Source: Vicugna vicugna
Taxonomy: Eukaryota
DNA: 64,000 nucleotides
Reading direction: 5' to 3'
NCBI GenBank assembly: GCA_013265495.1
Contig: MU057597.1
Coordinates: 684,207 to 748,206 of the forward strand
Below, one piece after another: positions 11,067 through 25,400 of the stretch (position 1 is its first letter; the number at the start of each line of letters is the position of its first letter). The notes under the pieces are model-generated. The model searched no databases. It was not told the origin of the DNA and worked only from the letters and a program-made list of their open reading frames with translations. Position numbers and translations under genes: made by a program.

Positions 11067-14000
11067 CTGAGGACACAGAGGGGAATGCTTCAGGCCTCTG
11101 TTGCGGCACTCAACCCACCTATCAAGTGTATCATGCATTCTGCCTGCCCATTAAAATACGTAATTCTTGAGGGACTGTGTAGCTCAGTGCCTAGCCTGCA
11201 CGAGGTCCTGGGTTCAATCCCCAGTACCTTCATTAAATAAATAAACCAAATTACCTGCCCCCTCCAAGAAAATTTTTAAATACATTAACTAGGCCTTCAT
11301 TTGACACCGAGTCATATTGGGAAATAGGCTTACGCTAAGCTACACACCATTTTAAGTCCCTGACCTGTGTTTAACTCATTTAATTTGTAACCTTTTTCCT
11401 TTTCTTGGGGTTGGGAGGGGAGACAATTAGGTTTACTTATCATTTTTTAATGGAGGTGCTGGGAATTGAACCCAGGGCCTCGTGCTTGCCAACCACGCAC
11501 TCCACCCCCAAGCTACTCCCGCCCCCCTGCAGTAATCATCTTACAAAAAAGCAACTATATTTTCCTCATTTTACAGACAGGGGTACTGAGGTGCAAAAAG
11601 GTTGAATAATTTACAAAAATACATCACAAAATTGGTAAGTGATGGAATTAGAATTTGAGACCAAGCAGAGTAATTAGAGATTCTCACTAATCTACAAGGG
11701 CCTCATTTGACAGATTAGGAAATAAATACTCAAGCTTTCTAGATTATTTGTTTCTCCAAGCTGGGTCTCAATTATTGACCTTTATTCCCGACTCCAAGCC
11801 CAGTGTCCGGCCTCCTCCAGAAGCAGGGCCCATCTCTCACCAGAGGACTCGGAGCTTGCAGCCAGGATGACTCAGCCTCTTGCATAGCAGCCTGACACCT
11901 GTGTTGCCCAGGGCGTTGTTGGTCAGATAAAGCTCCGTGAGGGTCTGGTTGACCCCTAGGGTGGAAGAGATCTCCTCACATGCTTTGGCTGTGAGGCCGC
12001 AGCTGTCCAGCCTGTGGACGATAAGAAGCGGTTGGAGCAACGTCAGGAACCACTGTTGGAAAGTGTCGTTTTCACAGGGAATCAGGATGGTGTTTTGTAA
12101 GGATGCATTTATTATTACTATTATTATTTTTAAGGATCAATTTCAGAAACAGTGGAGAAGAACTGAACCAGTCTAGGTTAAGGGCGATGTAGTGATGGGA
12201 AGCATTTAAAAAAGGCATTTTAAGGATGTTCTTCAATTAATAATCCATCTATAATGGACATCTCTTAATTCTGCAGCCAAGTCTCCATTTTGCCTTCTGC
12301 AATTCTATCCCAATGTCTCATTGAAACCCCAGTCTCAGTCTACCTATGTTAACACTGTCTCTATCAGTGGATATAGGCTCCAGGCCTAATGTGGTTAGTT
12401 TCCATATGCCCAGCCACCCAAAACCAGTGAATCAGAATCATATTTTTCCTGGAGCTAACCTTAACTGATAATGGAGCCAATACAGCAATAAGTATAGAAG
12501 ATAATGGAGATCAAGTATCTATATGCCTAGATCGAGCCATACCTGAAACCTAACCGTTTCAGTTACATAAGTCAATCAATGCTTTTTTTTTTTTTTCCCT
12601 TTTTCCAGACGTCAGTATGACTTGGGCTGCCACCTGCCTGAACACTACGCCATCTGGTTCCCTTCGATTCCTATTCTGTCTCCAATTGTGTTTCCTTCCT
12701 GTTTTCTCTGCTGTTACACCAAAAATAAAAATAGGTAGCATTTATTGAAGACCTACTGTATAGTGAGAGTCTTATTAACAGCTTTACGTCTGCTTTATCA
12801 TTTATGCCCCCCAGCAACCTTTTGAAATAAGTCCTGTCATGGCTGGGATGTTAAATGGAAATACTTTCATCTTAGTTTGGCTGAGGCTGTGAGGCCATAG
12901 ATTTGAGCTTCCAAAATGAGTTACAAGACAATAGTTCAGGACTTGCAAAGGAAGAGAAAAAACCAGTTTGGTGACCTATAATCACTCCCATCACAGGTAC
13001 AGAAGGGTCAGGAGTAGGACATATGGTGAGAGCAGGGGAGGGGGTTGTGCAAGGAGGTTGACCCAGATTCCACATCAGAAGACTGGGCAGTGAAGGCACC
13101 CCCAACAGAACTCACATGCAACTCCCCACCCCCAAGAGAGGGAGCATTCGGATGTCTGCCAGACTGAGGGGATGGTACTATTAATATCCCAGAGGGACTC
13201 TAGCCACACCAGTTAGGGGGGAGATGCTGTCCCTAAGCCCCCACCTAGTCCCCAGTTACCCAATGCCCCAGATAAGCAAGAGGCTCACAAATGGAAGACA
13301 ATTAAAATAAAAACAAGTATGCCTCCAAAAACAGACTCAAGGACCTAGAAAACAAACCATGGTTACTATCAGGAGGGATAAATTAGGGGTTGGGGATTAA
13401 CAGACACACATTTCTATATACATAAAATAGATCAACAACAAAGAGTGCACAGGGAGCTATATTTAATTTCTTGTAATAACATATAATAAAAAAGAATCTG
13501 AAAAGAAAAAAATATGTATGTATATGTATGTATACATATAACTGAATTACATTGCTGTACACTTGAAACTAACACTGTAAATCAACTACATTCAATATAA
13601 AATTTTTAAAAAATAGATACGCTTCATCTCATTCTAAGCCTTGTCGGCTGGGGGCCAGGCTGGTTTTGGAAGAACAGAGGAGTGTTCATTAACATTCGCC
13701 TGGAATTTACACTGGGCCAGACTGAATTTTTTATTTTATAAAGGTTATGGAAAGGCTACAAATCTGCCCAGGTAAATGTCAAAGGAAAGGGGAGTTCTAC
13801 AGAAGGTGTTTAAAGGCAATGACTGGAAGGGAAATTTTGGCATTTTACGTCTGTATTCCCACAGAGGATGAGTTTGTCCACCACTTGTTGGCAATAGTTT
13901 TTCTTTCTACTTCTGGGCATATGGCATCTTCCAAAGTGATGGAGGGGGTAACCGTTCAACGGCAAAAGCACAAAGACAGAAAAACGCTCCCACCCCAGGG

Positions 14001-16463
14001 GCCACCAAGACCAGCGGTCCTGACTCCCGGCCACTCACCACAGTTTCTGGAGCCTGCAGGTGGGGTGTCGTAGCCCCTCACACAGCAACCACATGCCAAG
14101 GTCTCCCAGGTCATTAAAACTCAGGTCCAGCTCCCGGAGATGCTGGTTGACCTGGAGCACAGCGGAGAGACCCTCGCAGGCTGCGGAGCTGAGCCGGCAA
14201 ATGCCCAGCCTGGAAAGATACCAAGCAGCGATCAGAGCTGACCCACCCCTTCCGCACACATCTGCAGCTTCGGGAGTCAAAAGTGCAACTGTATCGTATA
14301 GCATTGCCCGCTAGTTTCCAGTGATTCCTGCGTGTCCTGAGACAGCTACCTGTGCCATGAAAACCCAAACTCCCCCTTTCTCCGTGTGTGTTAGTTTCCT
14401 CGGGTGATACAGGATCTATGTAAATATGATTATTTACACGTGGCTGGCCTGATTCTGCTGACCCAGGGGAAAGGACACAGGCTCAGCCAATGCGAGCCAC
14501 GTTGGGGTAGCTGGACCAGTGCTTTCTCAAATTTGCCTGGAAGGCTAAATGTCTATGAATAACTACGAAAATTTGCAAAAAAAAAAAAAGCAAAAGGAGT
14601 TTCCTAACAGCAGGGCATATTACAAATTGTAACGATTACAATTGGAATAGGAACAGAGACCAGTGGAAAGGAGAAAGTCAAACACCACATGGGAGAATGG
14701 TTTACAATAGAGTCAGCATTACAAGCGAGCAAGGAAAAGATACTTTATTAAATGGTGTTGCAAAAATTGAAGAAAAATAAGTTGGATTCCACTTAACTAC
14801 CCATATAAACATAAAAAGAAATTGGGCATATTTTTGCACTGGGAGAGGATTTCTTAGAAACGTCACAAAAATACATACCATAGATACACACTATGTATAA
14901 AATAGATAAACAACCACGTCCTACTGTATAGCACACAGGGAACTATAGTCAATATCTTATAATAAACTACAATGGAAAAGAATCTGAAAAAGGATATATA
15001 TATATAACTGAATGTAAAAAGAATATACATATATACGACTGAATCACTTTGCTGTACACCAGAAAATAACACAACGTTGTAAATCAAGCACATTTCAATT
15101 ATAAATAAATAAATATATCATAGAAATATGTCTGGAGTTGACCTCAAAACATAGAGATTTCTATTTGTTGAAGGAATCTATGGACAAGTTGACAGATTGA
15201 TGACCTTCTGAGAAGGCATTTCCAAAGTATGCAGTCGACAAAGGATTAATACCTAAAATACTTAAGGGAACATCTGCAAATCAACAAGACATAGGACACA
15301 TGCTAAAGAAATAAATAAACTACATGACTAGGCAGTCTACAGGATGGGGAAACTACAAAACCTGAGAAGAATGTGAACTGATGCCCCACGTCACTCATTA
15401 TGAGAAAAAAAATACCACTTAAAAACATCTTACACCCATCGAAGTGCTAAAAATGGGAAGTTGAATCATCATAAAAATATGGGGAAACAGGAGCTTTCTT
15501 AAACTGCTGCTTCTTTCTAGAGGACAATGTGGAATTATTCTGAGATATCAAGTATGCAAATTCAGTGTGATCCAGCATGTACCCCCAGGTGGAATCGGTA
15601 CGAGGATTCAAAAAGACACATGTACAAGAAGGTACATCACAACATTGTACACGGTTCTAGCGGTGGGGTATGGGCGGATCAACATTTGATACATGCAAAG
15701 GATGGAACACAGACTGGTCTCAAGGAATAAATTAGACACGCTTATACCAACCTGAACAGATCTTCGAAGAATAAAGATACGTTGGGAACAAAAAGAGATG
15801 TTGATGAGATGCAACATTTATGTAAAATAAAGACATGAGTGCCTACAGATGAGATCAGGGGAGGGCAAGGAAGCAGACAAAAATAAAACAAAGGCGTGTG
15901 TGGGTCCATAGCGATACTGTGGCACCAGCAGAGAATTCTGAGCGTTCTAATTACATGTACCGCAGTGTGAAAAGGAAATGTTTAAAGGTGCAATAGAGAG
16001 GAAGGTCTGAAGAAATGGGACATAGATTTATCCTAATGCTCTAAACGCAAGAAACACAATAGAAGCCACCCTATGGCTCAATGTCTCAGAAGGAAAAAAA
16101 AAATCTTTCAGAGCAAATGACATCAGGTAATTGATGATGCTACCGTAGGACCAAAAAAAAAAAAAGATTTTCTGACTCTCCTTTGGGACTACAAAGAAAG
16201 AAAAAGAATTTTCTGAAAATTGACCATTGACAGCCTGGCTGCATTTTCTTTTTGTTCATTTGTTTTTTTCATCTGTGCATTTGTTTAGTCCTCTGTTCCC
16301 TCATTTTAAAATATATGCATAGAAAAATAACAAAAAAATTTTTAAGATTAAAATTTTTTAAAAAGAAAAAGAAAAAATATGTATTTCTAAGCACTTCTGA
16401 GCCAGGTCTTTCTTATAGCAGTCATTGGAATACAGAGTTGCAACAGCTCCTGCAATTTTGAAA

Positions 16464-16494
<31 letters not shown>

Positions 16495-19400
16495 GAGATA
16501 CACAAATTACAAATTTTGATAAGTGATGCTGAGAAGTACAAGGTCAAATAGTATCCTAAAACTAGGAACCCAGACCTCATCTAGAGGTTAGGGGAGGTGT
16601 CCCTGAGGAATAAGACATTTGTTTTCAGTTCTAAGAGATGAAACAGGTGTTATCAGGGTAAAGAAAAAAAAGTTGAAATCAGAGGAGAAGTGCATTCCAG
16701 GAAGAAAGAACTGCTTGTGTAAAGGCCCTGTGGCAGGAAAACCTTTGAAAGGAGGCTAACATAGCTAGAGCTTAAGAGGGGAGCGAGATGGTCCCACTGA
16801 GCCCAGACAGGAGGGCAGGGATTGTGAATTTGGACCCTAGGATGGGGAGCAAAGCAGGACTCACCGGAGAGTCTGGAGTTTGCACTGGGGATGCCTGAGA
16901 CCTTCACACAGCAGCAGCACCCCAGGGTCCCCCAGGTCATTCAGGCTTAGGTCCAGCTCCATTAGGCTCTGGTTCACACTGAGGGTGGAAGCCAGGTCTT
17001 CACAAGCAGCCGCAGTGAGGTGGCAAATCTTCAACCTGCAGGAAATCCAGTTCAACATACGTTATGGAGTGCTTCCTGCACAACGCTAGTTTTATCCTCC
17101 CTGACCCCAAATTAAACAACTTGTTTTAAAAATGGTCAAAGGCTTGAATAGACATTTCTCCAAAGAAGACATACACATGGCCAGAAATCACAGAAAAAGG
17201 TGCTCAGCATCACCAGTCACCAGGAAAAGGCAAATCAAAAGCACAGTGACATCTCACCTCGTCCCCACTGGGATGGCGACCACCCAAAACCCAGAAAATA
17301 ACAAGTGCTGGGGAAGATGTGGAGAAGCTGGAAACTTTGTGCACTAATGGGGCTGTAACTGTAAACGTAAAATGGTTCGGCCACCAAGGGAAACGATATG
17401 TAAATAAAAAATGCAGAATTTTGGAAATGTGAAATAGTTCGACCACCCTGGAAAACAATATGGTGGTTCCTCAAAAAAGCTAAAAATAACCATATGATCG
17501 GCCACCCCTCTCTCTCCCTCTTCGGAGATGGCCCACACTCTGTGTATAGAGTGTGTACCTACTTTTAATCTGAGCACCCAACCCCCACACCTCATGGCCT
17601 TTCTCTTACCTTTCAATGTATCTCTCTGAATAAATCTATCTTTACTCAAAAAAAAAACAGAACAAAACCATATGATCCATCAACTCCACTTCTGATTATA
17701 TATCCAAAAGAACTGAAAGCAGGGGCTTAAAGAAATATTTGTATGCTAACGTTCACAGCAGTATTCAAAAGAGCCAAAAGGTGGAAGCAACCCAAGTGTC
17801 CATTAACGGATGAATGAATGGGTGAACAAAATGTATTATATACATTTGATTTATGAATGTATAAACATATATAATGGAATATTATTCAGTCTTAAGAAGG
17901 AACTTCTAACATATGCTATAACATGGATGAACCTTGAAAACATCATGCTACGTGAAATAAACCAGTCACAAAAAGACACTGACTTGACGATTCCATTTCC
18001 ATGAGGTATCAGAGTAGTCAGACTCACAAAGGCAGGGTAGAACTCACCACAAGATTCGCAGCCTGCAGTCTGGGTGCCTCAAGCCTCGACCCAAGAGCCT
18101 CAGGCCCGAACCCTCCAGCGCATTTCCTGTGAGATCCAGCTCCGCCAGATGTCGACTGGTGCTGAGCACGGAGGCCATCTCCTGGCAAGCCCCCGCGTCC
18201 AGCTGACACTTCCTCAACCTTGGGAGGAAAGAGGCGTAGAAGAGGGAAGAGGGTGTCATCTGGCTACTCTGTGTCCTGATGGCGCCGCCCTGGCCTGCTT
18301 AATCACCCAACATGAACCCACACGTAACACTAAAGCCACAGAGATGAACAGGACTTTGTCATTCCCAGCAAGGAGAATCTTCTCTAATCAGACAAACGGG
18401 TGAGCCATGATGACCCAATGTAGGGGGTGCCCCTGAGGCAAGACAGCACCATGGTTCTCATGGGGTCTCTAGATCTCAGCAACCTGCGTTCACATCCACC
18501 CCCATCTCCACCCCACCACACCGCCAAGCCTGTGACCGCAAGTGAATTTTCATCTGGTCTCAGTTTCATGTTATGAGCACCACGTGGCCATGTCTCAGGG
18601 TCACTGACTGTCAAACTAAGGCAGTAATAGTGCCTACCTCCTAGGGTTGCTGTGCGGATTACATAACTTACTAAAGGGAGCGGCTGTGCAACCAGCCCCA
18701 CACGTGGTGAGCGCTCCGTCAGCGGGAGCTACTGGTTGTTAAAACTACCGTGGTGAGGCGGGAGGGTAACAGCTCAGTGGTGGAGTGCATGCTCGGCATG
18801 CACGAGGTCCCGGGTTCAACCCCAGTACCTCCACTGAAAACAGAAGGAAAAAAGTGATGTTCAGAAACGTGGTTTGAGGGGAGAGGGTATGGCTCAGTGG
18901 TAGAGCACATGCTTAGCATGCAGGAGGTCCTGGGTTCAATCCCCAGTACTTCCCATACCCCCCAAAAAACAATAAATAAACTTAATTGCTGCCCCTCTAA
19001 AATATTTAAAATTTTTAAATAAATAAATAAATACAAATTTAAGGAAAAAAAAAGAAACATGGTTTGCACGGTGCAACAAGCAGGGTGTGGCTTCTGGGTA
19101 GGCAGGGAAATACTCAGAGTCAGAAGAGGTGAGAAAGAGGTTCTCCAAAGGGCAGAGAGTCCAGGGCAGGGGTCTAAGGTCTTGGGTCTAAGGGCAGCCC
19201 TAATTCGAGGCAGAAGTTTGGGGATCAGCATTTGGGGAGATCTTCAAGCCCCAGGGGAGAACAAGGTGGCCCCGGAAGACCTGTTCCCGGGGGCTGGAGA
19301 CTCACTGCAACATCTGTAGCCTGCACTTGGGATGCCGGAGCCCCTCACAAAGCAGCTTCATGCCCGGCAGCCCAAGATCGTTGCCGCTCAGGTCCATCCT

Positions 19401-22400
19401 TACTAAGTGTTTGTTGGCTGTCAGCGCGGCGGTGAGGTCCTGGCAGGCAGAGCTGGAAACTTGGCACCGCTTCAACCTGGGATTGAAAGAAGAAAAAAGC
19501 CAAGGGGTCTCATCTGTGGTCGTTCTGTTCAGTCTGCTCCTTGTCCCTTCTCTCCCTCCTTTTTTTGGCCTGTACCTATTTTCCCCCTTTTTCTAAAGCA
19601 AAAGGAAGGAGATGAGGGGTCTCCAGGGGCTGAGGGGAGGCAGATCGGCATGCTGCTCCTTTTTGGTGTGTGATGAAAATGATCTGGAATTAGATCGTGG
19701 TGATGTTTACACAATCTTGTTTGTTTTTTGTTTTGTTTTGTTTGGTGATGGAGATAATTAGGTTAATTTTATTTGTTTTTATTTTAAGGGAGGTACTGGG
19801 GATGGAACCTAGGACCTTATTCATGCTAAGCATGCACTCTACCACAGGGCTGCCCCACCCCCTGCACAATCTTGTGAATATACTAAAACAAAACAGAACA
19901 GCACTGAGTTTTCTGGTATATGAATCACATCTCATTTTTAAAAATAAAAGAAACAAGAGTAATGTAAAATGTTTTGGTGCTTGGCAGTCAAGGAAATGCT
20001 TTCAAAGAGGCTGCATTATGAGAGGAACTCAAGACCTCTCTCATTCACTCTTCTCCATTTCTTTTCTCCATCACTACAAGAAGGGAATTAAGTTAAAATG
20101 AAGTTATTAGGGTGGACCCTAGTGCAATGTGATGGGTGTCCTTGAAGAGAGGAAATTTGGACAGACGCACACAGAGGACATGTGAGGACACAGGGAGAAG
20201 GTGGCCATTGCTTCTTAAGGAGAGAGATCTCAGAAGAAACCAGGCCTGCCCAGGCCTTGATCTCAGCCTTCTGGCCTCTAGAATTGTGAGAAAATCAAAG
20301 TCTGTTGTTGCAGTCACCCAATCTGTGGAACTGCGTTGTGGGACCCTGAGCAAACCAGCACACCACCCTATGTTCTTTCTGGCTGAGCCCTGTGGGATGG
20401 AGCAGCAGGGCCACCAGACGTGCGCAGAGCAGCCCAGACTCACCTCAGATTCTGAAGTTTGCAGTTGGGGTGTCTGAGTCCTTGACAGAGCAGCTTCACC
20501 CCCCGGCCCCCCAGGGCATTGCTGTACAAAACCAGCTCCACGAGGTTGGGATTGGTGCTCAGGGCAGAAGCAAGCTGTTCGCTGTAAGCATCTGGTAAGA
20601 CGTTTCTCTCGGGCCTGCATGAAGGGAAGATAGGACGGTCGCTTTACCAAGATGGTGTCTGGCCCTTGTATGTCACATCACAATTTATGAAGCATTTTGC
20701 CATCTTTGTAATAAATGAAAGATATTTATTTTAATACTCATACTAGTGGTCCTCAAACTTTTTTTTTTTTAGTTTGTTTATTTGACGGAGGGGTAATTAG
20801 GTTTGTTTGTTTATTTATTTATTTAATGGAGGTACTGGGGACTGAATCCAGGACCCTCTTCCACTGAGCTATGCCCCCACCCCGCTTGCCCATTTATTTA
20901 CTATTCTTTGTCTATCTTCCCTCTCATCCCGATGTTTGCTCTGGCAGGGGCACTGGCTGGCTTATTCACACAGTCTTCAGTCTATAAAAAAGTGCACAAG
21001 GTAGATGTGGGGAGGGGATAGCTCAGTGGTAGAGTGCGTGCTTAGCATGACCAAGGTCCTGGATTCCATCCCTAGTACCTCCATAAAAAATAAAAAATGA
21101 ATAAGTAAATAAACCTAATGTTAACTTTAAAAAATTAATTAAAATTAAAAATTTTTTAATTAAAAAAATTTTTTTTCAATTTGCTCATCATCACCCGGCC
21201 CATAGCTTTGGAGAAACTCAACTGCCCCACAAAAATTAAAAAAAAAAAAAAAAATATTTGTTGATTGAACACATTCTCCTTGACACGGGCCCCAATTTCG
21301 TTCTGATGCGTGTGGTTTAAGAGCAAGAAAAACACTTGGACACCTCTGACATTGGGGCCCAGAGCATTCTTTATGGTGGAGGCTGTCCTGTGCATCTTAG
21401 GATGTTTTTACAGCGTCTCTGTGAGCATCCCTCCGATCTCGCCTAACTGTGACCACCAAATATTTCTCCAGATATTGCCCAGTATCTCCTGCGGTGGGGG
21501 CAAAGTCCCCCCAGGCGAGAAGGGGAGCACGAGCTTGGACCGAGAGCCCCAGCAAGTACTCACAGCTGCGCGGGAGGCGCCTGGGGCCATCTCAGCCCGT
21601 CTTCCCCGTCCGCATTGTAGGCAGCCCCGTACAGCTGCAGCACCTGGGCGCTCCTGCAGCTCTGCGCACAGAACGAGGAAACCATGTGTTCCATCTTGGT
21701 GGAGACATTGCTGACCACGACCACTTGGAAGTGGCTCAGGGCTTGTTGGATAAATTCCTCCTCCTGGAGCTCGTACAGACAGCTGAAGAATTCCAGGGAG
21801 CCCTGCTTCAGGGTAGGACCCTCGCTCCGAGCTTTGCTTTGGATCCACTCCAACAGTTCCACCTTGATGTGAGGTGAGACCTTCCAGCAAAGAGTCTTCT
21901 CCAGGTAGCTCCTCGTCTCCTCGTTCAGGAGTCCGAACAGGAAGCGCACGGTGAGGGCCAGGAAACTCCGTTCTGAAAACCCGTATTCAGCCAGCAGCCG
22001 CCTGACGCTGCGCTCTGGGCCGGGCCCCCCTTCCCCATCATCCAGGACGTAGTACATGGCGGCGAAGAATTCCTGGAAACTCAGGTGGATGAAGCCGTAG
22101 AACTTCTCACAGTTGATGTCCTTCTGGAAGATGTTCATGTTGAGGAAGGAGGAGACATCCGCCGCATCTAGGCCGTGCTTCCGGAGGTCCTGCTCCTCAA
22201 ACAGGATCTTCTGATTCCAGAGCCCGTCCGCCGCCAGGGAGCACAGCCCTCTATGGTTGGGCGGGGACTTCAGGGCTGGGGTCCCCGGCTTGGGTTGCAG
22301 CAAACTCAGAAGGTAGAGCATGTACACGGCGGTCGTGGTCCTGGACGTCTGGCGTAACAGCCCCCCACCCTCCAGCTGCTGCTTGAGGCAGGTGCAAACC

Positions 22401-25400
22401 ACCCAGCACACCATGGGGACGAAGCACAGGGTGAAGAGGGGCTCGTTGTCCCTCACAAAACTGAAGGCTTGGCCGGCCTGCTCCTCGCTGTGGAAGTACT
22501 TGTAGAAGTACTCCCTCCTTTCTGCCTCGGAGAAGCCCAGGATCTCCACGTGCCTGGGGTGCTCGAGCAAGCGGTGGAGTTTCTCCAGAGCCGTGGGCCG
22601 CGTGGTGATGAGCAAGGACAGCTCGGGCAACAGCTTCTTCCGAATCAGGCTGCTAAGGAGAACCTCCGTGGGCCGTTCCTTCTCCCAGCAGAGGCACCAG
22701 GGGCCCTGCGGGTCGTGGAAAGATGGCTTGAGCTCGTCAAAGCCGTCGATAATGAAGAGGAGGCGCTCAGGAGCCTGGACAAGGTCCTGGAGGGGCACGC
22801 TGGGCTCAGGCCAGCAACTGGCGATGAGGTCTTGTGCGCTCCTCTCTGTGGTACCTTGATTCATCTCCCTGCAGTTGATGTAGAAGAGATAATCAAACCT
22901 GTCTTGGAAGAGTTTCCCATCCGCCCAGTCCAGCATCACCTTGTGGGCCAGCATGGATTTGCCCATCCCGGGCGCGCCCTGCAGGACCACGGTGCGCGGC
23001 GGCTCCGGGCGCTCCTCGTCTGGTTCAAAGAGGGCCTCCATCTGGATGAGGCTGGCCTGGTGGCCTGCGGTTCTCGCATGTCCCCGGCCTGTGTCCAGAA
23101 GCTTCTGCTGGGTCCACATGGGATTGGAGTGTTCCTTCACCAGGAGGAGCCGCGTGTACCGATGGCTGAGGTTGACGCACTCGCCGAGGCGCGCATTGCG
23201 GTCTTCCATCAGCCGGAATTTCCTGCGGACATAGTCCCTGTAGGTTTCCCGGGGATCTGACGGACAGGAATGGAGGACCGTGGAAGACTCATCAGCAACC
23301 TTTAATGAATTCACGAGTTAAAGCAAACTGTGGCCTAGCGTCCTGCAATAGCCTTGGGAGAATTTTCTAGATGGAGCCTGAGAACCTTGGGGCTTCCCCA
23401 TAAAGGTCTTGAAGAAGGATTAATAAAATTGCAATAGAGAATAAACTTTGTCCTGTTGGAAGTTTACAGGGACACCACGGCCTGACCCACACTGACGGCT
23501 GTAAGAACAAAGAGTGCCTGCGGCAAGAAGTTTGCAAACAACCACCCGCACCCCCTCCCTTGTTTTTTGTAGAAAAGGAGCCTGTATCCTGACTAGAGCA
23601 GGATGGGTCTCCAAGACATGATTCTGCCATCCCCTTTCCGAATAGAGTCTCTACTCCTTGCCACAACACCTCGTCTCCCGATTTGTTGGCCTGTCGTGCG
23701 GCGAGCAGACCGAGTTTGGACTCGGCAACAAAACGGCCGCACTTAGGCTAGCAGATCACTTGTCCGTATGCTCACCCTTAAAACAGTCAACTGACCTGAC
23801 TGACTGGCTGCTGCTCACAGCTCCAGGCCCACTGTTAAAACTAAAGCTACTGACCTTACTGTTTCTACGTTATTCCAGTCATCAAAAGCTATAATCATGC
23901 TTGGTCTCTGAGTCAATACCCAGGGAGAAGGTCACAGGACTGTAACCTTACAAAATAGCCGGAATTACCGAGAAGACCACACCATGAGTGCTTACGAGAT
24001 AAAGAGATCTAACCTCTGGCCTCTACAGAATTGGTCGCCTGGAGGTATCATGACGCCATTCTGAGTCTTCTGATGAGAAAATGATTCTGTTGATTGTTCT
24101 GCTTTACTGTTTGAGCTCTGGCTGTATACCCGCCCCACCCCATCCCCAAGGTGGGCTCAGTTTTGAAGGCACTAGCCTGCTGTGCGTCCCCTTTGCCCGG
24201 CAAAGCAATAAAGCTGCCTCTTTTTTTTCTAAGCTCCAAGACCTTGTCTCTGGGTTATTTGGCTCGTCAGGGATGGGGACCGATCTTTCTGTAAGTCTTC
24301 CCTTCTGGTGGGAAGCGGAGGCATTAGCGTGGGAACTGCTGTAATGCACAGTACTCTCCTTGCTGCTCAAACAGCGGTCCACGGACCAGCCGCGCTGGCC
24401 TCACCATTCAGGCTGATGGAAGACGCAGTGCCCACCTAGAGGAACCGCCAGCCTCAGCTATCGCTAAGGAACGCTTAAATGCCATCCTGAGCCCACCTCA
24501 GAGCTGGTTGGAAATGCGAAATCTTGAGCCCTACTCCCCACCTCCTAAATCAGAAACTGCATTTCTAAGGAGATCAGCTGTGTGATTTGCATACATGTTG
24601 CTCCCAAGTTTTCTCTACCCCCTTGGAAAAAAGGTAGATGTACATCAGCACTGGAGAACGTGTCCGTTCTACAAATCCTTTACTTAAATTCTCTTTGGGA
24701 AAGTCCACTTGGCATAATGCCTTGAATAATCTAAACAGTCTTGAGTCCCACCCAGCCCCGCCCTTCCCCAGGGACATTTGTGAAGTCTGGAGATAGTCCT
24801 TGTTGTCACAACTTGGTGGGGGGGCTACTGCCATCTAGTGGATAGAGGTCTTCCAGTGCACACGACAGTCCCCCACCACAAAGAATGATCCAGCTCAAAG
24901 TGTCAACAGAGCACCCAGAGAAGTGTCTCACTCACCACTGGCCGTCCTCCTCCGCCCACACACACAGCCTTCCTGCCGCACACCCTGGCAGCATCACAGA
25001 GGGAATCCCGGGCGATCAGCTGCACTCCTTTCTCTCCAGCATCAGTCTACAAGCCCTGCCTTTGTCTCCTTTGAATCTTTCTGTCCCCTCCCCTCTCCTC
25101 CATCTACAAGACCCTGTGTCCTAGCTGATCCCTCGCCCTCTTCTCACCTCCTGTAGACTCCCATCTCCAGTTCATTCCCCTGAATCTAACCCCTACACCA
25201 ACCCCAAAGGGGAACGTTTCAGACCCACCTGTGACCCTGTTCCTCTCCTGGGCAAAGCCCTTTCATGCTCCCATTGTCCTCCTGACAAAAATCTAAGCTC
25301 TTCAGAGCATTCACGGCTGTTGCCTACCTTCCTCGCCTCATCCGCGGCCACTCTCCCAGTGCCCTGTCACGACAGTCCCACCCAATCTGCATTCCTCTCA

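Noticed and set aside
22469..23260. 263-aa + strand ORF
   Set aside because: Antisense shadow of GC-rich NLRP12 exon 3.
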